From Macrostomum lignano (Eukaryota), in NCBI GenBank assembly GCA_002269645.1, contig NIVC01002416.1, positions 8,885 through 72,884 of the forward strand: a stretch of 64,000 nt of DNA, read 5' to 3'. The number at the start of each line of letters is the position of its first letter. The first letter of the stretch is position 1. Shown in pieces: positions 1 to 12,900 of the stretch. Below the pieces are notes generated by a model. The model saw only the letters and a program-made list of their open reading frames with translations. It was not told the origin of the DNA and ran no database searches. The position numbers and the translations under genes are program-made.

Positions 1-1485
1 GTTGGGCAAGGATATCTAGGACTTCGGAATACTAACTCAAACACACAAATTTCCTTGTCGATTCAGAAACTTTATCAAATTCTATCAAAACTATCTCGAA
101 AGTTTCTTCCAGGACTGCACAGGAAGTTTAGAAAAAAAACCGTGACACAAAGAATCTCTCTGCAAGTTGGCATTCCGGGTTCTCAGTTGCAGAACCCCTC
201 ATATCTAGGTTGGGGCTTGCAGGCAGGCAGGGGGAGACCCATCAGTTCAAGCTTGCATTATGAGGATGGGGAGGCGAGGGATAAAAAACCTAGAGAAATT
301 GCATGCGAGAAATTTGAGAGAGGGAAGTGCACGGTCGGGGTGAGAGAGGCGCCGGCTCATTAATAATTTGGACGCGCTGGGTGCCGGACGGGCAGAGTGC
401 CCGGGTCCGGGGGTCGGTCAGTAGAAGTGAAATTGGCTGGCTTGGCAGATGCAGGGCGAGAAAAGAAAAGGGAGAGTTCAGACTGGGTGGGGGGCAAAGT
501 TAGAATCTCCCTCAGCGGCCACTCTCCCCTTTTCTTTCTCTCTCCATAATGACGGTCCTTCATTCGTAGAAATGCATGCCGCGGACAATTTTCCAGCGAA
601 ACCCGCGGAGCCGGAACCACAATTCAAAACCAAACAGCGCCATTAACTATGCAGATCCCGGATGGAAAATAAAAGTTGCTAAAGTTGGCGTAGTTCCGTC
701 TCTGCAGAGCCCTGCTGCAGTGCAGTGCTGCTCAACCATTTGTCATGCCTGTCGGGATCAGCGCGGGAATGGTTGCGGACCCCGCGGGGCTATCTCTTCC
801 GGACAAGCCTGCATGCAGATTCTGGCCGAACCGAGTGCACGCAGTTTTTTGGGGCACAATCGACCCGATTCTCCAATACCAAGTCTCTCTTCCTCTCTTT
901 CTCTCCCTATCCCACCCACTCGCTCATTCTCGGGAGTAGAATGCAACAGGAGCATCCAAGAGTTGCATTACAAGTGGCACCGATGCGGGTGGGCCGGTCG
1001 TACAGCCACTCTCTCCTAGACTAGAGAAACAAAAAATGGAAGGAATATTATTGACTGACTGCTACTTTGCCTCATCTTCACTCCAGCTTCCATCAGCTGA
1101 GAAATCCCCAACCCCCAGACAGACATCCTTCAGAAATTCTACGAAACGAAAATTGGCTCGGAGAGGATTAGGGATTAAGGATTTAGCTTACATGTTAGCT
1201 TACATGTAGCTTACATGTATGTGGAACTGGAGAAGTCGATGGTGCAAACAGTCCATTCGCTGCATAAACCGAATTGGAAAATGTACTTTGCATGCAAATG
1301 ACGCAGTACGATTGTGTTTCTAGAAAGAATTTTAACAGATAACACGGAAAATTGACTAGTCTGGATTTTCAACTATGTATTTAGTGTTCATTTTGCGTAC
1401 ATCACGAGCGTAAATGAATTTTTGTTATCATTAATTTTCACTGTTAGTCCGCATAGTTAATCGGCCACTCTCCCCCACAATGTCA

Positions 1486-3367
<1,882 letters not shown>

Positions 3368-3806
3368 GCTTTGTTCTTTTGAGTGGTGCTCACAGTTGGA
3401 GAATAAGAGGAGGCAAAGAAGGAAAGAACTGAGGGCAAATGCAAATCTGAGAGTTTAAAAAACCGAATTTGCGAAGAGGAAGTTTGCTTCCCTATGCATG
3501 GAATCTCAATTCAAACTCGAGCTCCGGTTCTCTGCGCTGTCCGCCCACGCATTTCATTTTTTCTAGCTGCGTTTAGTTTGAGCGGAACTCTGAATTTATT
3601 CATGACAGTTTTATATTTATTCAATTTGCGCAAATATTCTTGTCTTCGAGCTGTGCGAAAATGGAGTTCTGGACCTGCAGTATCTGGAGAGGAAGCGCAT
3701 GGAGTTCTATACTTATTATCTGTCTTATAAATGTTGAGTTCTTGGTTATATTCCTAATCAGAACACTTCTAGACGACGTCTGGCGCTGGGGCTGGAGCTG
3801 GCGCCT

Positions 3807-4027
3807 CTGGTGCTAAAGCCCCTGGTGCTAAAGCCCCTGGTGCTAAAGCCCCTGGTGCTAAAGCCCCTGGTGCTAAAGCCCCTGGTGCTAAAGCCCCTAG
3901 TGCTAAAGCCCCTAGTGCTAAAGCCCCTGGTGCTAAAGCCCCTGGTGCTAAAGCCCCTGGTGCTAAAGCCCCTGGTGCTAAAGCCCCTGGTGCTAAAGCC
4001 CCTGGTGCTAAAGCCCCTGGTGCTAAA
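3807..4027. repeat. 15-bp minisatellite (GGTGCTAAAGCCCCT)n
   Basis: About 14 near-perfect copies; source of the LKPLV and STRGF pseudo-ORFs. Confidence 0.97.
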
Positions 4028-5359
4028 AAGAAACATTCGAAATTAATAGAAATATTTCAAAGCAAAACGTAATAAACTATAGTATGAATGTTGCAAGAAG
4101 CCAGCTAAGAGCTGACTTCATATAGTTTAGCCGTGTCCTACTTAGATGCGGTGTGACGAATATCTGGTCCGAGAGTTCGAGTGCTGACGGGCTGCTATTC
4201 AAGTAGTGATTGAAAACACAGTTATTGGAGACCGATAACTGACGGAGCCGAATATTCGATTACGTATTATGTATATTTGTAGGTTACAGACACGAACGGT
4301 ACATGTAGTGGTAAATATATAGCTGATGCTAAAGAGATAATTGGTAACGAACAGCTGCAGTGTCGATGGAATGGCTTCGAAGATGACCTTAGTTGGAAAC
4401 ACTACTTAATTGAGAGCGATTTTGAACTACTGTTTATCAATGTTTACAGAAATTAAATTGCTGGCGATAGGAACAGCAGCCGACTGACTCCACGACCAGT
4501 CTTCTCCGAAGCCACAGAATTCAAAATGTTAAATATAACTATTTGAATTGAGTAAAAGAAAGCATTGTTTACTATTTTGTTAATAAACATAAAAATGAAA
4601 CCAATTGATATGAATAAAATACATATTAAATATTTTTAGTACATTTGATATTAATCGACTACTTGGGAGAATAAAAGAACCGTCAATTTCACAACGGATT
4701 CTGGTTTACTGAGTGCGCTCAGCTGCCGTCTCCCGTGCTAGTTTTGAGCACATACGTTCGTATAATCTAGATATGTTTGCCCCAGTTTTAGAGGGTTCCC
4801 AACACTTCAGCCGCAGCATTCGCGACGCACATCCGAGATGAGGCTAATATATTTTTATTAGCTTTGCAGCTATATACCGGCAGAAGCAGACTGGGTTGCG
4901 CTTGAGAACCACTCTGGCAAACACAGGATGAATGATTGACTCAATCCGCCTGTGTTGATCTCTTCTTTCACCCTGGAGTCACATCCTCCTTTTATGAGCA
5001 ATGAAACTGTGTTCACGAATCTGCATTTATATGTTCCCTAATTGCCGACAGATTTTGCACAAGGTTATTTTTGGGTCACAGAAACAGTTGGGCATTTGCA
5101 TTTCGAGAATCTATGCGTTAATGCCTTGGTTAATTATTGATGAAGCTAACAGCTCCAGCTATGATATAGGCAAAAATATCAAAACATATACATGTACGAG
5201 CTATGCAGCGTATGGAATTGCATATAGCAGTGCTGCGCTCGGCGCCACATCGGCGCCACAAAAGTGTGCTTTTGGGTAACCAAGCTCGTCGAATGAAAGC
5301 TGAGCTCAAATTTTAATTGCTACCTCTTGGACGTCGTGGGATTCACCGACCTGGGAGAC

Positions 5360-6050
5360 ACGGGCGCCCATCAAAAAAGGGCACCCACTGAGACACCCAC
5401 CAAAAACAGGGACGCCCCCACCAAGAGACAGGGGGCGCCCACCAAAGAGACAGGGAGCGCCCACCAAAAGAGAGAGGGGCGCCCACCAAGAGACAGGGGC
5501 GCCCAACCATGAGAAGGGGCGCCCACCAAGAGACAGGGGGCGCCCACCAAAGAGACAGGGAGCGCCCACCAAGAGACAGGGGCGCCCACCAAGAGACAGG
5601 GGCGCCCAACCATGAGAAGGGGCGCCCACCAAGAGACAGGGGGCGCCCACCAAAGAGACAGGGAGCGCCCACCAAGAGACAGGGGCGCCCACCAAGAGAC
5701 AGGGGGCGCCCACCAAAGAGACAGGGAGCGCCCACCAAGAGACAGGGGCGCCCACCAAGAGACAGGGGCGCCCAACCATGAGAAGGGGCGCCCAACCATG
5801 AGAAGGGGCGCCCACCAAGAGACATGGGCGCCCACCAAGAGACAGGGACGCCCACCAAGAAACAGGGGGCGCCCACCAAGAGACAGGGGGCGCCCACCAA
5901 GAGACAGGGAGCGCCCACCAAGAGACAGGGGCGCCCACCAAAGAGACAGGGAGCGTCCACCAAGAGACAGGGAGCGCCCACCAAGAGACAGGGGCGCCCA
6001 ACCATGAGAAGGGGCGCCAACCAAGAGACATGGGTGCCCACTAAAAGATA
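5360..6050. repeat. About 20-22-bp GC-rich minisatellite (GGGCGCCCACCAAGAGACAGG variants)
   Basis: Tandem copies interspersed with AACCATGAGAAG variant units. Confidence 0.95.
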
Positions 6051-8023
6051 GGAGCGCACACCAAGACACCAAATATTGGCACCAACTTAGGTTTGAGACC
6101 CCATAAAATTTGAATTCCTGCCGAACCACACTGTATACGTGTACGACGGTTTCATATACATGGACAATTTAAAATGTTTTGAGATGAGTGTGAGCCTGAT
6201 TCCAACCGTTTCGCAAAATCGATAGTTTTTGTAATACATCAGCACAGTTACACATGTCAAGAACCTAATTAATTATTTCTACTTAAAAACAGTTAATGAC
6301 TTTTTATGCGAAATTCGCGCGCTGCTGGCTGATTTTACTTTACAATCATGGATTCTCTTGTTCATTATCAGCCAATCAATAAACAATAAAAAGCTATGAA
6401 ATCTTAGGTAATCTGCCCGTTGAAAAGGTTTCTGTCACGTTACTATTAATTGCAACATTTGAGTGTGTGTGTGTGTGTGTTCAAAAAAGAAGTCCACGTT
6501 TTATGACATTATTATTATCAAGTTGTTAATACGTTCGTATGAAAACAGATTATCGTAAACTGTCGCAACATTTGAAAGGGCAAAAGACAGAGTTATGCAG
6601 AAGAGTGCGACTGAGTTAAAAATATGCTTGTTATTAAACCGATGCGAAATTGCAAACAAAGTAGATCTACCAGTCAAACAAAAAAACTACTAAATTAATA
6701 AGCAGAATTGAAAAACTTCCAAACTATCTACTTATTAGTTTATAATATATTTATACTTTAATTAACTTGCATGCATAAAAAAATTGTAAAAAGTGCAAGA
6801 ATGTCATTTGCATTTAAGACTCTGTTGCCGGAGGAACCGGCTGGCACCATAGCGAACTCCATAGTGAATGCCATAGCCACCGTTTGCTTTAGCGACTGTC
6901 GCCTGTCAACCAAAAGCCGACATCTAAAAGGGTAATTTTCTTGCTTTTTATGTACTGCGTTGGTATTAACGTCATTAGTAATATATATAATTTGTTTTCT
7001 AGTTAAATTAGGAATTATTCAGATTTAGTTGTATAGATTTTGTGAACCAGCTGTTAAGCGAGTTAATCTCATTTACCAATAATAAATAAAGTATAGTGAG
7101 TGAGATTGGGGCCTATATAATTGATTTTACATTTCGTTTAGACCTAGCTTAGCTAGAATAACTAGACCCCTAAGGCTAGGCCCTCTCTTTAGTCTTGCCA
7201 AAGTCAAAATGTTCCCAACATACAGCCTATTATTTAGTATGGTGGATTTGTGTTATATAGAAATGCTAAGAGGGTCTATTGCTAATGATATCTGCTATAG
7301 ATAGATAACTAAATTCATAGGCCTAGGCAAGGGCAAGGCCCTTTAGTTTAGACTATGATTCTTATTTATCATATCCTTAGTCCACCACTTGTTTAGTAAT
7401 TTGCTCTATCTTATCAAATAACCAGTACCATGTTGATCTAAAAAAGTGAAGGTCAAAGACAGGTTTATATTAACCTATATCCAATCCTGAACCTAGTTAG
7501 ATTTTTGTAAGTATAACTTTCATTTTTATTTTATTTAATCAATTTACTTAAATAAATGATTTAAGCTACTTATTATTTATTTACCATAGTCTAGAAAATG
7601 AGCTTTTTGAAACATTTTTGCTCCCTATTAGGAATCATAATATACATTTGGTAGATATATAAGGCCTAGAAATTTCAAGTCTGATATTTATCATTGATAT
7701 ACCATAGTTTGGATTATGTATTAGTGTACACCAGGTTTAATGTCAAAAAATGATGAGACCCTATTTGTATGCTAGGTTTGTGCTTCAATATAAAGAAAAT
7801 GTAATTTGACATAATGTATTTACTATGTTGGCTATCCTGCATTTTCGTTCGTTAAATTATTTTTTCATGTGGAATTAATTTTACATGATCTCACGAGTTC
7901 AGCACAGGCAATAAAAAATATTATGGGACATACAGATACAGAACACCCGAAAAGTTTAAGAAAGTTTGTTATAGTCAAGTCAGTTTAAACGTTAGTCTCC
8001 GGATTACAGTAGGTAGTAATGGG

Positions 8024-8300
8024 TCACCCAGTACAGAAAGTTGCCGAAATGATGCTCATTTGGGTAGAGCCGGCGCCACAGGAACTCCTACAAGCCCAAG
8101 CCCAGCCATCCACATACCGGTCACCCTGACGACGCTGAAGGCGCATTTGAGGTGCAGCAGGGCAATGGCACCGACGCTCGTTTGACAGCAGCCGGTATTT
8201 GGCCAGCCAGCGCATCAGAGACAGTGTGTCAGTGGTCAAAAGAGCCAAGTCCCGCATCCTTATGAGCGGCAGGTCGCATAGTTCCGCAGTAGGTCTTATC
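8024..8300 (-). mobile_element. Merlin/ISXO2 (IS1595-like) transposase N-terminal fragment
   Basis: MRWLAKYRLLSNERRCHCPAAPQMRLQRR...DGWAWACRSSCG...MSIISATF matches the N-terminal Zn-ribbon pattern of Merlin transposases (WL..GLL....C..C..M.L....DG..W.C...C...S.R..SFF). No catalytic domain follows. Confidence 0.6.
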
Positions 8301-9986
8301 TTAGCTGGTGGGATGATAGTAGTGGGAGCAGCTGGACGACCCGCCATGTGGATGTGCAGTGTGGCTGAAAAAAATGAAAAAATAATTTAACGAACGAAAA
8401 TGCAGGATAGCCACTATGTTATGTATGCTAGGATATATCCCAGTGTATGCTGAAAATGGTAAGACTCTTATTGTAGACTGTAGAGTACCTGTCTGTTGTT
8501 GTCTATTATGTCTGTTGTTGTCTAGTATGTCTAGTATGTATGTCTAGTATGTCTAGTATGTCTGTTGTTGTCTACTATACATGTTGTCTACATATTGTAG
8601 ACAACATGTATACTAGGACACCAGGAAATCCTAGTATACATGTTGCCTTTCAAACTATGGTTGATATACAAAAATGTCTAATAAAAAAGTGAAGATCAAA
8701 GCTATATATAGTTATGTATCTAAATTTAGATTAAGGAACTTTTTTTATAAAAAATCAAAAACAAAAATTAAATGAAAATACTATGCAACTTACAAAAAAA
8801 TGAAATTACAAAAGTACAAAAACAGATAGTTTGGAGTTTAGTCTCTTAAAAATTAGTTTTAAAAATTATATTATTAATATATTATATAAGCATATTTTTC
8901 TTGCTTTTTTTCAATTTTTGTTGGTATAGAATTTTTTTGCTCATTGAGTGCCAACTATATATCTTATGTGTATATAAATATAATTTTCAAATATAAAACT
9001 TTGTGATATCTATATATTAGGCTATAAATATTGTTAATTATAAACTTATCCCATTTTAGAACAGATCATCCTAAGCTTTTATCCCATATTGCCATAGTCA
9101 TAATCTATATTAATACAGATACTATCATTTTACCTAAAATTTCTACTAAAATTTGAATTGGGATTCTAGATTAGGCTTACACAAAAAAACATAAAAAGAT
9201 TTATGAAAAAAATTAAAAAGGTAAGCATTAACAAATTTTATAAAAAAAGTATTAAACAAAAATAAAAAATAAATTATAATATCAAAACTAATCAGCAATA
9301 AAATTTTTTATCTTTCTAGTTTTTTTTAATTTATTAGTTCTATATAAAAGTTCTTTCTGATCTATTTTATTTGTTTTTCCTTTTTACACTATAGTAAATA
9401 TTAATTTTTTGGCTTTTAACCTATTTACTTCATTGGTATAAATAATCTGTAAAAGGCAAAAAAATCAATGCATGCTTAACATGATCTGGATTATGGACTT
9501 ATATTAAAAGAAGTTTATTTTCTTAGTCTTGTTATTTTTTAAATCTTTTAATTTAAGTGGCATGACATAAGAAATGAATTTAAAATGTTTTAATTTATGC
9601 CATCAGTTGGATATAAGCTAGCTTAGATATGAATAGGCTAAACTACCAATGCAGAAACCTATGCTCAAATTTTGATAGTTTATTAGTAATATATATTTTA
9701 ATAAGTGTTCTATACTGAAGAAGATTCAAATGTTAAAGAATCAAAACTATAGCTACAAACATCTATGGGAAAAAGCTTCAACATCATATTTCTAAGCCAT
9801 AAGAACTGTTGTTTTCTATATGCATCTCTGTAGCTCTGAGTATTGTATATGGATACACCCTATACTTATAGCTGGACTTGGACACTTATGACTGCAAAAA
9901 ACTAAGTCTACTTAAATTTATCAATGTTTAGGTGATTGCCAGACTGCTTCTCAACAGATAGACAAGTGCCATTAGCACAATACAAT

Positions 9987-12900
9987 ATGCACTCAGCCTC
10001 TGGCATGGTTGGCAGTGGGCCAACTGCCACTATAATCCAAGTCAGCCCTAAGCAGCACATTGTCACCAGTCAGTCTGGTCAGCAGTTCATCATTGCTGCT
10101 ACAGGTGGCGGTTCTGCCAGCAAGATTAGTGAGAAAAATTGAATTCTTTAAAACACATTCTCTACTTGCTACTTATCAGTAGGCAATCTCGTATTTTTTG
10201 TAATAATTTTTTGTCATTTCATTAACAGTGTCAAACGAACAGCTAGTAGCAGTGTCGCAGGCTCAAAGACAGCACTCAGCAATGGATAGCATTGCTCTGC
10301 CGTCAGGCAATCAGCAGCAACAGCAGCAGCAGCAACAGCAACAACATATAACAGTCAGTGCCGCATCAGCTCAAAGTGGTTACCCAACTGTGCAATATGT
10401 CACCACAGATCAGCAGTTGTTAGGAACTCAAATGTAAGCCTCCTATTGAGCCATGGGTGTTTTTAATTGTAAACAAAGGGTTAATTGATACCATTGGTGT
10501 GTTTATTCTGTGTTTAACTCACTTTGGAATTTTTTGTGTCTGACTCACTCACGGACTCACTGTCTATAGATCTCGTGTTTCTGACTCACTCACTGTCTAC
10601 AGTTCTCGTGTTTCTGACTCACTGTCTATAGATCTCTTGTTTCTGACTCACTAACTGTCTATAGATCTCGTGTTTCTGACTCACTAACTGTCTATAGATC
10701 TCGTGTTTCTGACTCACTGTCTATAGATCTCGTGTTTCTGACTCACTAACTGTCTATAGATCTCGTGTTTCTGACTCACTGTCTATAGATCTCGTGTTTC
10801 TGACTCACTAACTGTCTATAGATCTCGTGTTTCTGACACTGTCTATAGATCTCATAAAAACTTTCAAAATCCACAGCGAGTACATCGAGATCAGCAATGG
10901 CAAATCTGTCACCAAAGGCGTTGTCTCAGCTTCTCCTGGCAACAAAATTGCGTAAGTTATTAATATTAAGTTGTATTTCGATACATGTCGGTAACTTACG
11001 CAGCATGTCTGATTGTGATTTTTATTATAATTGGAACCAATGCTACTTTTCAGGCACTACCAGGACTACGCATCCGTCTATGGAGGCTCTGTAGCTGCAG
11101 GCAGTGGAAGTTACTACCAAGCTGGCTCTGCACAGGTGAGTCTGTCAGTGTTGTATTGTATTCTTTGGCCTGTCTCGGGTAAGAGATAGAGTCTCAGGTG
11201 GCGATAGAGTCTCAGGTGGGGATAGAGAGTCTCAGGTGATAAGAGTAGAGTCTCAGGTGATAAGAGTAGAGTCTCAGGTGGGGATAGAGTCTCAGGCGGG
11301 GATAGAGTCTCAGGTGGGGATAGAGTCTCAGGTGATAAGAGATAGAGTCTCAGGTGGGGATAGAGTCTCAGTTGGGGATAGAGTCTCAGGTGATAAGAGA
11401 TAGAGTCTCAGGCGGGGATAGAGTCTCAGGTGGGGATAGAGTCTCAGGTGGGGATAGAGGCTCAGGTGATAAGAGATAGAGTCTCAGGTGGGGATAGAGT
11501 CTCAGTTGGGGATAGAGTCTCATGTGGGGATAGAGTCTCAGGTGGGGATAGAGTCTCAGGTGGGGATTGAGTCTCAGTTGGGGATAGAGGCTCAGGTGAT
11601 AAGAGATAGAGTCTCAGGTGGGGATAGAGTCTCAGGTGGGGATTGAGTCTCAGTTGGGGATAGAGTCTCAGGTGGGGATAGAGTCTCAGGCGGGGATAGA
11701 GTCTCAGTTGGGGATAGAGTCTCAGGTGGGGATAGAGTCTCAGGTGGGGATAGAGTCTCAGGTGGGGATTGAGTCTCAGTTGGGGATAGAGTCTCAGGTG
11801 GGGATAGAGTCTCAGGTGGGGATAGAGTCTCAGTTGGGGATAGAGTCTCAGGTGGGGATAGAGTCTCAGGTGGGGATAGAGTCTCAGGTGATAAGAGATA
11901 GAGTCTCAGGTGGGGATAGAGTCTCAGGTGGGGATTGAGTCTCAGTTGGGGATAGAGTCTCAGGTGGGGATAGAGTCTCAGGCGGGGATAGAGTCTCAGT
12001 AGGGGATAGAGTCTCAGGTGGGGATAGAGTCTCAGGTGGGGATAGAGTCTCAAGTGGGGATTGAGTCTCAGTTGGGGATAGAGTCTCAGGTGGGGATAGA
12101 GTCTCAGGTGGGGATAGAGTCTCAGGTGGGGATAGAGGCTCAGGTGATAAGAGATAGAGTCTCAGGTGGGGATAGAGTCTCAGGAGGGGTTTGAGTCTCA
12201 GTTGGGGATAGTCTCAGGTGGGGATAGAGTCTCAGGTGGGGATAGAGTCTCAGGCGGGGATAGAGTCTCAGGTGGGGATAGAGTCTCAGGTGGGGATAGA
12301 GTCTCAGGCGGGGATAGAGTCTCAGGTGGGGATAGAGGCTCAGGTGGGGATAGAGGCTCAGGTGATAAGAGATAGAGTCTCAGGTGGGGATAGAGTCTCA
12401 GGTGGGGATAGAGGCTCAGGTGATAAGAGATAGAGTCTCAGGTGGGGATAGAGTCTCAGGTGGGGATTGAGTCTCAGTTGGGGATAGAGTCTCAGGTGGG
12501 GATAGAGGCTCAGGTGATAAGAGATAGAGTCTCAGGTGGGGATAGAGTCTCAGGTGGGGATAGAGTCTCAGGCGGGGATAGAGTCTCAGGTGGGGATAGA
12601 GGCTCAGGTGGGGATACAGTCTCAGGTGGGGATAGAGTCTCAGGCGGGGATAGAGTCTCAGGCGGGGATAGAGTCTCAGGTGGGGATAGAGTCTCAGTTG
12701 GGGATAGAGTCTTAGGTGGGGATACAGTCTCAGGTGGGGGTTAGATTCTCAGGTGAGGTTAGTCCTTTATCCTTTCTTAAACGATCTGTCAGCTACGCGA
12801 GTCAGTCTCACCGCACCTGGTCACGGGTATTGTGCCGGCCGGGCATCACCTGGTTGGTGGCGGCGGCTCCGGGTCCTACGCCATGCCGACGCCTGAGGAG

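Noticed and set aside
1-1250. Several short ORFs and a PBS-like TGGCACCG near 976
   Set aside because: No recognisable protein motifs, LTR pair or matching tRNA end could be supported.
6100-6136. Tc1-like terminus (reverse complement TA-CAGTGTGGTTC)
   Set aside because: No matching opposite TIR was found in the window, so no element can be delimited.
6190-6250. Minus-strand CTGATG...CGAAAC hammerhead-like motif
   Set aside because: Core A9 is absent and stems I and III do not pair.
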